Source: Candidatus Latescibacterota bacterium (lineage in GTDB: Bacteria > Latescibacterota > UBA2968 > GCA-2709665). Taken from it: a stretch of 64,000 nt of DNA. Positions 52,405 to 62,571 of the stretch are shown here, piece after piece. Position 1 is the stretch's first letter; each line of letters starts with the position of its first letter. Below the pieces are notes generated by a model. That model saw only the letters and a program-made list of their open reading frames with translations, was not told the DNA's origin and did not search any database. The DNA lies in NCBI GenBank assembly GCA_965226795.1, contig CBDDDZ010000005.1:192001-256000 (forward strand), given 5' to 3'. A program made the position numbers and the translations under genes.

Positions 52405-54735
52405 TCAGGATCCGTACAGATCGGACGTTTCCACCAGTTTCCACGTATTTCCGAGATCCGCGGACATCATCAGCGAGCGATGGCTGCCGGCGTGGTCATT
52501 CCTGTAGAACCAGTAGGTCGAAAAGTATTCGTACGAGAGGAAGAGCCGCCCGATGCGGTCTATGGTAAGGCGGTGGTAGAACACGCTGTATTCCGAGAAC
52601 GGCGGCACGACAAGGACCCGGGGTTCCTGCCAGGCGTCGCCCGCGGGGCGTCGCTGATGCGCGAGGGTCGCGTAGTTGCCGGCCGGGAAGTAGCCGGTAC
52701 CGTTCCACCAGAGCCTGAAGGCCGAGTGAAGTGTGTCCTCCGGATCACAGACGAAGCCGATGTAGGTCTGGCGGGCATCCGGCCAGGCGTCTCCGGGCTC
52801 GGACCACCCGGCGTGTGCGGTGTTGGGAGCCGGCGAACGGGCATACGGGAAGGGGCAACCGTGGGTACCCGAGAGGGCGTGCAGATAACCCTGGCTGTCC
52901 ATGGTGATACTGGGTGAATTGTGGATGTCGTTTGCGGGCGGTCCGTAGCCGACCAGCACGGGTGCGCCCATTTCCCGGGTCTCCCTGTCGATGGTGGCGA
53001 CGTAGGTCGGCACGCCGGGGACGTCTTCCTCCGGATCGGTAGCTTCCGCCCAGATGACGTGCACCTTCCCGTCCTTCGAGACCACCGAGGCGGGAATACC
53101 CGAGTGCTGTGAGAGGCCGATACAATTGTCTGATACGAGAATCGGACGACCTATCGACAGCCCCCCGGACGTTTTCTCCGGCAGAAAGAGTTCGAGGTCG
53201 TTGACTTTCCGCCAGAAATGAAGTACATCTTCTCCAGTACGGGCGTAACGAAGGAGGGGCGGCGGACCGTCGCACGTGTTATGACCCGTAAACCATTCGA
53301 TATCAAAAGTGAGCGGAAATCCTTCCTTTCCGGGAATTGCGCACGCCGAGAAAGTAAGGCCGCGATCGGTGGAATACAGCAGGTTGGGTTGACCATTGAC
53401 ATTGACAACAAGATATAGTAAATTTTTGGCATCGAAGGCAATCTTGGTGGACGCGGTTCCAAAGGCGGCGTTCTCAAAGCCCCGGACGGAATCTCTGAAG
53501 TCGGTCGCCGTCCAGCGACCGTCCCGCAACGCGGTGATACCAGTTTCGGTCCGTACGAAGGGCCGGTTGTCGAGGTCGAAGTAGGTCTGATTCTCCACGG
53601 GACAGTCGGGCACATAGCCGAACTGTGCGTTCTCGTGTTCATAGGGTTTCAACACCAGGGGCAGTCGGATGGGACGCCGGACGGGCGAAGTTCCGGCATT
53701 GAGCGTCAACGTTGAATACGTGGAAACGTCCGGATATGTCTCGGAGGTCGCTCGCAATCGGCAGGTGAAGATTTCACTCTCGCCCGCGGTATCGGGCATA
53801 CAGTAGCTGGCGGTGACGCCGGCACTTTCCATTGGGCCGAGATCGAAGGTGTCCTCGGAGAGCCGGACGGGAAAGGCCGCGGCCTCGTCGTATTCGGGCG
53901 CCAGGCGCACGGTCTGCGGTTTGTTCGAATGGTTCCGGACCCGGAAGTCGACCGCTCCTGACTCGCCCGGGCGGACGTAAAGGTTCCTGTTGTAGGGCGT
54001 CAGAAGCCAGCGGCAGGGGTGGAGGGGGAAGAAAGAATCCAGGTGTGGGGTCCAGTAGGACATGTCCGTGTGCGGATCGTCATCGGACCAGCGCGTGACC
54101 CCGTCGATGTGGATGACGGCTCGCTGGGAGGGCAGGTGGAGACGCCAGGGTGCGGACCGGTGAGTGTGCCCCGGGAACGTATGGGTGGCGCGTCCGCCCT
54201 GAACAGTCAGGGTATCAACGAGGCTCCCGGCAGCGTCGAACACCGGCAGCATTTCCACGGTCTCGGGCAGGTCTCCGATTTCAACGGAGAACGCGCCTTC
54301 GGGAGGAAGAAAGCAGACGTCGCCGGGATACTCCGGCGCGAGCAGGACGATGGGTTCCTGGTGCGTGGCGTCTTTGTGGCCGCGGGAAGTCTCGACGAGG
54401 TAACGCTTGCAGTTGGTTCGAAACGCCCAGACGATCTCCTCGCCGTATCTGTCCTGGGAGATGGTGACGTTGAGTTTATAGATGCCCTTGTGGTTGACGC
54501 GCGTGGACAGCCGGGCCCGTTGAAGCGGGCCGTCGCCGGGGCCGGTGTCCGGCAGGGTAACCTCCTGTACAACCTTCCGGTCGGGCGTTATCAGAAGCGC
54601 ACGCAGATCCGTGCGGCGGTTGTGGACGTTGCGGTCGCGTTTCTGGAGGTCGATTACGAGTTCACCCGGCGTAGCCAGAAAATAAGCGCCTCCGGCGCCG
54701 CCGATGCCCCATCGAATCGTCGAGTTCATGGGCAA
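52405..54735 (-). CDS. BNR-4 repeat / sialidase-like domain protein
   Basis: YSTDRGLTF and SADLGNTW Asp-boxes; DIHNSPSITMDSQGYLH. Confidence 0.8.
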   Translation of the reverse strand: MPMNSTIRWGIGGAGGAYFLATPGELVIDLQKRDRNVHNRRTDLRALLITPDRKVVQEVTLPDTGPGDGPLQRARLSTRVNHKGIYKLNVTISQDRYGEEIVWAFRTNCKRYLVETSRGHKDATHQEPIVLLAPEYPGDVCFLPPEGAFSVEIGDLPETVEMLPVFDAAGSLVDTLTVQGGRATHTFPGHTHRSAPWRLHLPSQRAVIHIDGVTRWSDDDPHTDMSYWTPHLDSFFPLHPCRWLLTPYNRNLYVRPGESGAVDFRVRNHSNKPQTVRLAPEYDEAAAFPVRLSEDTFDLGPMESAGVTASYCMPDTAGESEIFTCRLRATSETYPDVSTYSTLTLNAGTSPVRRPIRLPLVLKPYEHENAQFGYVPDCPVENQTYFDLDNRPFVRTETGITALRDGRWTATDFRDSVRGFENAAFGTASTKIAFDAKNLLYLVVNVNGQPNLLYSTDRGLTFSACAIPGKEGFPLTFDIEWFTGHNTCDGPPPLLRYARTGEDVLHFWRKVNDLELFLPEKTSGGLSIGRPILVSDNCIGLSQHSGIPASVVSKDGKVHVIWAEATDPEEDVPGVPTYVATIDRETREMGAPVLVGYGPPANDIHNSPSITMDSQGYLHALSGTHGCPFPYARSPAPNTAHAGWSEPGDAWPDARQTYIGFVCDPEDTLHSAFRLWWNGTGYFPAGNYATLAHQRRPAGDAWQEPRVLVVPPFSEYSVFYHRLTIDRIGRLFLSYEYFSTYWFYRNDHAGSHRSLMMSADLGNTWKLVETSDLYGS

Positions 54736-55104
54736 TACCTCCCGTTTTTTTTATTCATGTTATGTGCAAATATAAGTATACTACATGTACGGATATTAAG
54801 TATACGATATGGGGGTCGTCATTTAAAACGAAAAAAAACCGGGGCCGGATCTCAGGGCCCACCCGCCGCCGGCGGCGCCCCGTCCTCTTAGCCCTGGTAC
54901 AGTGAGGGACGGAGATCGGAATCTGGAACGAAGTCGTATATTGCGTTGTCGAACCTCTATAGAGCATGCCCGGCGCAATGTCGGGTCGTCTCCGGAGGTT
55001 ACAGGTTTTCAACCTTCGCGCAACGGATCCGTAACATTTCGGAACTACATTCATAAGGGACGGGTTTCACGGCCGTTTCGTGGAATTACCGTGAGGGGGA
55101 TCTG

Positions 55105-55878
55105 ATGAAGTTCGTGCTGCAACGGTTTGACGGTTCAATACTGTCGAATCTGGCCGCTCAGCGAGATCGACGCAAGCGATTTCAGCTGCTTCTTGCGGAT
55201 CGCCAGACGGATATCCAGGTGGAAAAACGGGACAAGAACCCCGAGGTGGACCTGAAGCGGCGATATAGGAAGGTTCTGGGCCTATCGTTCGTGATGTCCG
55301 CGGCGGTTCATGCTGGAATCGCCGTTCTGTTTCCAACCCTGGACATTCAGGCCACGCCTTCCAAACCCGAACAGATTGTGATTCAGATAGAGGATCTTCC
55401 GGAGACACGGCAGATCACTCGTCCGCCGCCACCGCCCCGTCCGGCTGTGCCTGTCGAGACCGAAAGCGACGACGTGCCGGACGATGTGACGATCGAGACC
55501 ACCGATCTCGAACTGGAAGACGTGCCAGTGGATCTGCCGCCGCCCCCGCCGGCAGGAAGCGAAGAGGCTCCCTTCGAAGAAGAGGAGATTCTGGAAGTCT
55601 GGAAGGTGGAGCAGAAGCCCAGGCTGCTGAGGAGGACGTTGCCGGTGTATCCTCAGTTCGCGCTGCGTGCCGGCCTGCAAGGATCGGTCATGTTGAAAGT
55701 GCTTCTTGGCAAAGACGGAAAAGCGGAGAGTATCCGGATGTTGAAGGGCGAGGAAATCTTCCGGAAATCGGCCGAAGACGCGGTGCGCAAGTTCCTGTTC
55801 GAGCCGGCGCGCCAAAGCGATCGGCCCGTTAAGGTCTGGCTCGTGATTCCGATTCACTTCAAGCTGGAGGACGACTGA
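55105..55878 (+). CDS. tonB: Energy transducer TonB
   Basis: TM with SxxxH, Pro-rich spacer, YP..A..AGLQGSV...FEPARQ..PVKV C-terminal domain. Confidence 0.88.
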   Translation: MKFVLQRFDGSILSNLAAQRDRRKRFQLLLADRQTDIQVEKRDKNPEVDLKRRYRKVLGLSFVMSAAVHAGIAVLFPTLDIQATPSKPEQIVIQIEDLPETRQITRPPPPPRPAVPVETESDDVPDDVTIETTDLELEDVPVDLPPPPPAGSEEAPFEEEEILEVWKVEQKPRLLRRTLPVYPQFALRAGLQGSVMLKVLLGKDGKAESIRMLKGEEIFRKSAEDAVRKFLFEPARQSDRPVKVWLVIPIHFKLEDD

Positions 55879-55909
55879 GGGCGCGCGTCGGTTGATTCGT
55901 AAGCACAAA

Positions 55910-55932
55910 GGGCTCCGGAAAAACCGGAGCCC
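55910..55932 (+). terminator. Hairpin after tonB
   Basis: GGGCTCCGG-AAAAA-CCGGAGCCC. Confidence 0.6.
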
Positions 55933-56189
55933 GTCGTGTGTTCGAGGGTAGAGGTAAGACGTTAGACGGTAGACGACGTCCTTGCCCGATTGGTTTTTCC
56001 TTTATGCCTCCGGCACAAAATGAAACCGGACTCGGCAGGGGATCTCTCACGTCTTGCGTCTCACGTCTAACCGCTTCTCCAGGAACGCGTACTCGATTTC
56101 GCGGTGCGCGTCGTCGAAGCCATGACCTTACTTCGTGCAGGACCTGGCGGAAGTTGCCTTCGACGCCATATAGCGAAAAGACGCGGGAG

Positions 56190-56547
56190 ACCGTTTCGGC
56201 GCCTCCCGAACCCCCACATGGATCAGTTTGCCCAGACAACACGAAAGTCCGTCTCAGATCTCACGTAACGAATGCGCTTGCGCCAACTGGCAGAACAGCA
56301 TTGCCACAAACTGTTCCCAGCACGTGAACCCTTTCATGTATCGCTCTGCCCGGTGCGCTTTCACCGAACGCTGAAACTGGTTGCGAGGGAATAAATCCAA
56401 CAGTTGACTGAACAGACTGGCTGTGCGTACCATACACCAATCCTCCGAGATGCGGTTCAGGGATTCTTGTTGGCTCTTCTACTTCCATGATCGCATCCTC
56501 GGAGGGATTATTCTAATACTTTCAAATTCCGTTTTTGGACAGATGTG
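56190..56547 (-). mobile_element. IS4-family remnant: left end plus truncated DUF4372-type transposase N-terminus with premature stop
   Basis: From 56433 (minus): MVRTASLFSQLLDLFPRNQF...KGFTCWEQFVAMLFCQLAQAHSLREI*DGLSCCLGKL.HVG..APKRS; GGAGG RBS; candidate end CACATCTGTCCAAAA at 56547-56533. Confidence 0.82.
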
Positions 56548-56853
56548 ATATCCATATTAAACTCAATTGTCAAGTATTTTATGCTCTGTTTATTGACGTT
56601 CTTACCCCGCTACCACACAGCAGGGGCAGATAAACTAAATCATGCTCCCCGTAATAAGGGCGAAATAGGGCACGAAGGCGTGATTTTTTGTCATTGCAAT
56701 ATGGCGGAAAATCCGTTACATTCGGTGATTGAGTGTGGCGTCCCGAGAATGACTTCACCTTGCCATCCCTCTCTATTATAACTCTTCTTTCCAGCAGAGA
56801 CAACCGACAGCTTAATCAGAGATTCCTCAAGTTCACAATTACAAACGTAACCC

Positions 56854-57990
56854 ATGGGGTCAGCCTTGTTTACCAAGATTCGCAGTCTGTTCGTTTTCTC
56901 GCTCGTCGCAGCCGTGAGCTGGGGCTGCGTTGCAGATGGTCTGCCCGAAAAGATCGAGATCGGCGTCGCACTCCCGCTGACCGGCCCGCAGATTTTATAC
57001 GGCGCGCCGGCGTGGGAAGGCTTCCAGTTCGCACTTGAAGAAATCAACGGTTCATCGATACTCGGAGGCTCAAACATCGAGTTCATCAGGGAGGATTCCC
57101 GAGGCACGGTTGATGCCGCCACGAAAGCGTTCAATAAACTTATCAAAGAGGACGGTGTGTCCGTCATCCTGGGTCCCGGTATTTCCACCGTGGCGAAGGA
57201 GGTGTTTCCGATCGCTCAACAGAGCGAGGTTCTGACTTTAAGTTCGACATCGACCGCCGTCGGCCTGAGCGCGATCGGCGACTATATCTTCCGCACAGGC
57301 CTCAACGTTGGCACGCTCGCTCCAGGCGCCGTCAAGGGTACGAAGGAGAAACTGAGGTATCGAAGAGTGGCGATTATGGTCGATTCGACCGACGTGTATT
57401 CCCGCAGCTTGGACGAGGAATTGCGCAACGCCCTGGCCGAGAACGAGGTCCAGATTCTGACAAGGGAGACTTTTGCAACGGGCGACACCTCGTTTGCCGA
57501 CCAGCTGAGCAGAATAATGGCTTTGAAGCCACATGCCGTGTTTGTCTCGTGTCTGGCGGCGGAGATGATTCAAGTTCTGGTCAACGCCCGTGAGGTTGGC
57601 ATCACTTCAATGATTCCTATGATCATACCTGAACTGTCCCTGACCGAAGTTAAGAAAGCGGGCGACGCCGCCGAAGGCGCGATTTCCGTATTGAGTTGGG
57701 CAAGCAACGCTTCCACACCTGGGAACCAGGCCTTCGTTGAAAATTACATCGCCAGGTACGGCTATGAACCGCATCCATGGGGCGCGATTTCTTACGTCTC
57801 GCTGTTTGTTCTCGCCAAAGCAATAGCGGAAACTGGATCGATGGACGCGAGTGCGATCAAACGCGCGATGATCAATACCCGGGAGGTCGATACGATTCTG
57901 GGGCGTTTCTCGTTCAATCCCGATGGCGACGCGGTTTACAATCCCATTGTGCTGAAGGTGCGGAACGGTGCCTTTGAAGTCTTCAAGTAA
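56854..57990 (+). CDS. Branched-chain amino acid (LivK-like) ABC substrate-binding lipoprotein
   Basis: Lipobox-like SWGC, IGVALPLTG, EEIN, ILGP, YIFR, DTSFADQL. Confidence 0.88.
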   Translation: MGSALFTKIRSLFVFSLVAAVSWGCVADGLPEKIEIGVALPLTGPQILYGAPAWEGFQFALEEINGSSILGGSNIEFIREDSRGTVDAATKAFNKLIKEDGVSVILGPGISTVAKEVFPIAQQSEVLTLSSTSTAVGLSAIGDYIFRTGLNVGTLAPGAVKGTKEKLRYRRVAIMVDSTDVYSRSLDEELRNALAENEVQILTRETFATGDTSFADQLSRIMALKPHAVFVSCLAAEMIQVLVNAREVGITSMIPMIIPELSLTEVKKAGDAAEGAISVLSWASNASTPGNQAFVENYIARYGYEPHPWGAISYVSLFVLAKAIAETGSMDASAIKRAMINTREVDTILGRFSFNPDGDAVYNPIVLKVRNGAFEVFK

Positions 57991-58049
57991 GCCAATCTAT
58001 GGGCCCCTACTGAGATAGTGTAACGGGCGCGACCCCGCTGTCGCCCGGC

Positions 58050-58239
58050 GGTCTGCCGGCAAAGATCGCCATCGGCGTCGCCTCTGCTCAGCGCGGCGGG
58101 CCTTCCGGGTCTCATCGGCGAACTCACCTGTGACGGGTTCGGAGACTGCGGCACCGGGCGTGTGAACATCTACCACCACACGGATACGAGCATCGTAGAC
58201 CCGGCGCAGTTGCCCGTGGTCTATCGTTTTGAGCCGTAA
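58050..58239 (+). pseudogene. Internally deleted second substrate-binding protein gene
   Basis: GLPAKIAIGVA mirrors GLPEKIEIGVA of the upstream gene, then jumps to a C-terminus GLIGELTCDGFGDCGTGRVNIYHHTD...VYRFEP*. Confidence 0.55.
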
Positions 58240-58883
58240 TGACCTGACGGACGTCAGGGATTCCGATACGGTTGCGCCCGGCGCTCTTTCTGCGCCATTT
58301 ATAACGCGTTTGACGAATCAACTGTACCGATATCCGGCGACGGTCTTTTCCAGATTTCCGGTTAGCCCGCGACTCGCCGGTCAGGATGTTCCGCCCCGTC
58401 TGGTTGGGACCGAATAAATGACAGGCAGTGAAGGCTGCCTGTCATTTTGCGATTTAAAGGAAGACGACTTTCGGACCGTTTCGTATCCCTTCGACCCTTC
58501 GACAAGCCTGGCCCAGGCAGTGCAAGCGACGCCGCGAGACGGGATGAATCGGCGGTAGAGTGGTGTCGTATTTTTGGGAAAGGATTAAAGGAGGTCTGGT
58601 TTGTTTATTACAGGGAGCGTTAAATAGTTGACACAATTAGAGCGCGGCGTAGCGTACGGAAGGGGCATGAAAGGTGCGTTTTACGCTGGCCCTTTTTCGT
58701 TGTCTGCCGCGCAGGTAAGCGCGGACGTTGTCCATCATCTGTTGAAGGTACGGGGTCGCGTCGTATGAAAAACGACGGACGGAGGCGGGCGCTGAGGGGA
58801 CCGAAGGCTTCCTGCGGACAGGGACGTGGGCCATAAGAACGGCTGTCGGTCGAACAAAACGGCGAAAGGAAGGGGGTGAGGTT

Positions 58884-60440
58884 GTGCTGCAGGTACAGGA
58901 TCTACGCGTTGCCTACGGGGCTGTTTCCGTGCTCGACGGCATTTCATTCAGCTTGCAGCGAGGTGAGGCGGCTGCGGTCGTTGGCGCCAACGGATGTGGA
59001 AAAACCACGCTGTTGAAGTGTCTCATTGGCGAGATCACGGATTACGACGGAGACGTGGCGCTGGACAGGTCCGTCAGGCCTGTCTGCGTGCCCCAGGAGA
59101 GCCCTGTGGAATTCGAGGGCTCGGGACTGGAGCGAGCGCTGTCTTTTGACGCCGGGTTGGTGAGGCTTTACAGGGGCATTCAGGCGGGACGGCACGAGTT
59201 TTATCAGGACTACTACGAGTCCGGCGGGTTCGAGCGCGAGGACCGGGTTCGAGCCTATGCCGGGAATTTCGGCGTGGAGTTGGAGGTGCCGTACAGGACC
59301 ATGTCCCGCGGGCAGCAGCGGAAGGTGGATCTCGCCGGGGTGTTGGCCCTGGACGCGGATCTGATGATGTTCGACGAACCGTTGAACTACCTGGATATCA
59401 GGGGCATTACGGCGTTCGAGGAGGGCATCCGTGTTGTCAAACGACGGGGTAGGGCCGTGTTGATCGTGAGCCACGATCGGGAGTTGATCGACAATGTGGC
59501 GGATCGGACGGTTTACCTGGAGCGGGGACGGATGTTCTCGGTTCAGGGCGGTTATTCAATGGCGCTGGAGCATAAGGAGCGGGACTTTCAGGGTAGGATG
59601 GACAGAGCCGGGACGCTGAGTAAGAAGATTTCCGGACTTCAGGAGGCCATGCGGCGGCGGATGGCGTGGGGGGTGAGCCGGGAGAACGAGACAAGGGATT
59701 CGTCAAGCCGTCGTCTGGCCGCAAAGGTGATGAAGGGCGCGAAGGTGATGGAGCGGCGCCTCGAACGGCTCACGGCTGCCCGGGAGGAGGAGAAACCCTG
59801 GATCGAGAAAAGAATCCGATTGAATTTTCCGCCGTACGAGGTGAACCGGCGGTTGGTGGGGAGGATGGAGTCGGTGGACAAGCAGTTCGGCGGCAACCCG
59901 ATCCTTGAGACCCTCGACCTGGTTGTTGAGACCGGAGACCGGATCGCAATAATGGGCCCGAACGGGACCGGGAAGACAACACTCCTGAATGTGATGACGG
60001 GGAAACTGCCGCCGGATTCAGGCGCAGTCTACTTCAACGCGAAAGTAAAGGTGGGATATGTAACACAGGGCCTGGACGGGTTTTACAACCAGGAGATCTT
60101 CCTGGATAATTTCCGGGATGTCGATTACGTGGAAAGTGAGGTGCGGCAGTTCCTGGGCGCGGCCAGGCTGCACGCCGATAAGGTGGTCCGGCCGGTTCAC
60201 ACACTGAGCTATGGTGAGCGGATGCGCGGAGCCATTGTAAAGATGATACTGAAACAGATGGAGTTCCTGGTGCTGGACGAGCCCACGACGCATCTGGACA
60301 TCGAGTCCGTGGAGGTGCTGGAAAGGCTGCTCGAGACATTTCCCGGCGGCTTCGTCGTCGTCAGCCACGACCGGCGTTTGATTTCTCACGTGGCGGATGA
60401 GATCTTTATGTTGGACAACGGACGGCTGGAGAGGTTATAG
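58884..60440 (+). CDS. ABC-F family ATPase (possible ribosome-protection type)
   Basis: Two NBDs (GANGCGKT/DEP..YLD/SHDR; GPNGTGKT/LSYGE/DEPTTHLD/SHDR), no TM segments, long helical linker. Confidence 0.9.
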   Translation: MLQVQDLRVAYGAVSVLDGISFSLQRGEAAAVVGANGCGKTTLLKCLIGEITDYDGDVALDRSVRPVCVPQESPVEFEGSGLERALSFDAGLVRLYRGIQAGRHEFYQDYYESGGFEREDRVRAYAGNFGVELEVPYRTMSRGQQRKVDLAGVLALDADLMMFDEPLNYLDIRGITAFEEGIRVVKRRGRAVLIVSHDRELIDNVADRTVYLERGRMFSVQGGYSMALEHKERDFQGRMDRAGTLSKKISGLQEAMRRRMAWGVSRENETRDSSSRRLAAKVMKGAKVMERRLERLTAAREEEKPWIEKRIRLNFPPYEVNRRLVGRMESVDKQFGGNPILETLDLVVETGDRIAIMGPNGTGKTTLLNVMTGKLPPDSGAVYFNAKVKVGYVTQGLDGFYNQEIFLDNFRDVDYVESEVRQFLGAARLHADKVVRPVHTLSYGERMRGAIVKMILKQMEFLVLDEPTTHLDIESVEVLERLLETFPGGFVVVSHDRRLISHVADEIFMLDNGRLERL

Positions 60441-60571
60441 ACGCGGAAGCCGTGGAGTATGCCGCACACGGGTATCCGGGAGGACGGGCGCCGTTCCGGG
60501 CACATCCACGGATTCCGGAAAGGATTCGACGTCGGGCAGGCAGACACGCCCTCAACACGATTGGGGATGAA

Positions 60572-61588
60572 ATGAAGGTCATCTATTCCGCGAACCACAG
60601 GCGGCATTCGCCGCCGTTTCAGTTTGTCGCAGGCGGGCTGAAGCCATATCCGGAGGTCCCGGCGCGGGCGGAGGCGATTCTGCGCGCCATCGAAGGGACG
60701 CACGAGGTGATGCCGCCGCGAGGGTTTTCGATGGATGCCGTCCGCGCCGTGCACGAAGCGGGATATCTGCGCTTCCTGGAACGGGCCCACGCGGCGTGGG
60801 TCGAGCGCGGCGGAGGGAACGAAACCGGATTGATACCGGATACCTTCGCCGCGCGCGCGTCGTCCCGAAAGCCGCGCGATCCTGTGCACCAGGCGGGGTA
60901 CTACGGCTTCGAGACACAGACGCCGATTCTGGCGCACACCTTCGCGGCGGCGCGCGAGGCCACGTTCTGCGCGCTGACCGGCGCAGCGATGCTGCTGGAG
61001 GGAGAGTCCCCGGTCTACGCGCTCAGCCGTCCTCCTGGCCATCACGCGGCGGGCGACCTGTACGGCGGCTATTGCTATCTCAATCACGCCGCGGTTGCGG
61101 CGAGATATCTCAGCGCGGGTGGACGGGTGGCCGTGCTGGACGTGGACTATCACCACGGGAATGGCACGCAGTCGATCTTCTACGCGTCGGATGCGGTTCT
61201 GTTCGTTTCGATCCACGCGGACCCGAACTGCGAGTATCCCTATTTCAGCGGGTATGCGGATGAGGCGGGTTCGGGCACCGGGCAAGGGTTGAACGTGAAT
61301 CTGCCGCTTTCCATCGGCACGGGCGACACGTCGTACCTTGAGACGCTGGACCGGGCGCTGAACGAAGTGGATCGGTTCGCGCCCGCCTTTCTGGTGGTTT
61401 CGCTGGGTGTGGATATCTCCCGGGATGACCCGCTGGGTAAGTTCGACCTGCCGGTTTCTACGTTCCAGGCAATCGGGCTGCGACTGGCCCGGGCGGATCT
61501 TCCGACACTGCTGGTGCAGGAAGGCGGATACGCCCTGGACGCCGTTGGCGCGTGTGTGCAGAATGTGCTTGATGGATTTGGGCGTTAG
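60572..61588 (+). CDS. Histone deacetylase family / acetylpolyamine amidohydrolase
   Basis: PEVPAR, RPPGHHA, GGYCYLN, LDVDYHHGNGTQ, QEGGY; start MKVIYS. Confidence 0.92.
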   Translation: MKVIYSANHRRHSPPFQFVAGGLKPYPEVPARAEAILRAIEGTHEVMPPRGFSMDAVRAVHEAGYLRFLERAHAAWVERGGGNETGLIPDTFAARASSRKPRDPVHQAGYYGFETQTPILAHTFAAAREATFCALTGAAMLLEGESPVYALSRPPGHHAAGDLYGGYCYLNHAAVAARYLSAGGRVAVLDVDYHHGNGTQSIFYASDAVLFVSIHADPNCEYPYFSGYADEAGSGTGQGLNVNLPLSIGTGDTSYLETLDRALNEVDRFAPAFLVVSLGVDISRDDPLGKFDLPVSTFQAIGLRLARADLPTLLVQEGGYALDAVGACVQNVLDGFGR

Positions 61589-61681
61589 GCGTTAATTGTC
61601 CGTTCGGACAACCCGAACGAAAATACGCAGTTTCGGCGCCATTGCGTCGTTGGCGTCCGCGTTGGCTGGCGAAAGGCGGAA

Positions 61682-62431
61682 GTGATGATTCTTGCTGAAA
61701 TGACGTCCCCCGAAATCGACGCCCTGCCGCGGGATATTGTGGTTCTGATGCCTGTGGCATCCTGTGAACAGCACAGCCTGCATCTGCCCGTGTTTACCGA
61801 CAGCCTGATCGGTGGCGAGGTGGCCAGGCGGGTGCACGAGCGCTGCCCGGACGACGTGCTGGTGCTGCCGGTGCAGTGGCTGGGGTACTCCCGGCATCAC
61901 ATCCGATATCCCGGCACGGTGAGTGCCGTGTCCCAGACGCATCTGCTTCTGATGATGGACATCGCGGCATCGATGGTGGGGCACGGATTTCGGAAGATTC
62001 TGATTCAGAACAGCCATGGCGGGAACGGCGCGAATATCTCGGTGCTGCTACAGCGGCTGATGGAACGGTACCCCGACGGCAACGTGGAGTTTTACTCACG
62101 CTGGGCGTGGGCCTCCGGCGATACGCTCAACAGGATACGCCAACTCGGTTCCGGCGGTTCCGGCCATGCCGGTGAGACGGAGACGTCGATGATCCTGGCG
62201 ATCCGTCCTGAACTCGTGCGCACGGACCGGCTGGATGCGGATGGCGAGCGGGACGGCATGCGGGTGCCTGGCGTGGCGTCCTATTATCGATTCGATCAGC
62301 GCACGAGGCACGGCGGCGTTGGCGACCCCACGGTTGCAAGCGCCGAGAACGGGGAGCGCATGCTGGATGCTTCCGCGGATGAGGTCGCTGAACACGTGCG
62401 GCAGATTCGGGCCCTGAAGCCGTTCAGTTAG
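61682..62431 (+). CDS. Creatininase family amidohydrolase
   Basis: SCEQHSLHLPVFTD, GYSRHH, NSHGGN, HAGETETS. Confidence 0.92.
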   Translation: MMILAEMTSPEIDALPRDIVVLMPVASCEQHSLHLPVFTDSLIGGEVARRVHERCPDDVLVLPVQWLGYSRHHIRYPGTVSAVSQTHLLLMMDIAASMVGHGFRKILIQNSHGGNGANISVLLQRLMERYPDGNVEFYSRWAWASGDTLNRIRQLGSGGSGHAGETETSMILAIRPELVRTDRLDADGERDGMRVPGVASYYRFDQRTRHGGVGDPTVASAENGERMLDASADEVAEHVRQIRALKPFS

Positions 62432-62571
62432 GAACTGTCTTGGAATTCCTGGACCTTTCGGACATTTAGGGCAACCCGCCGGCCTATGCCGCGGTCTGCC
62501 TCCAGATCCTATGGCAGATGGCCAGGATCACTTGAATTCAGCAGGTTGAAAAAACACCCGGAGGAAACGGC

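Noticed and set aside
56261..56488. 75 aa minus-strand ORF from the track
   Set aside because: Wrong frame; the overlapping frame encodes the IS4 transposase remnant.
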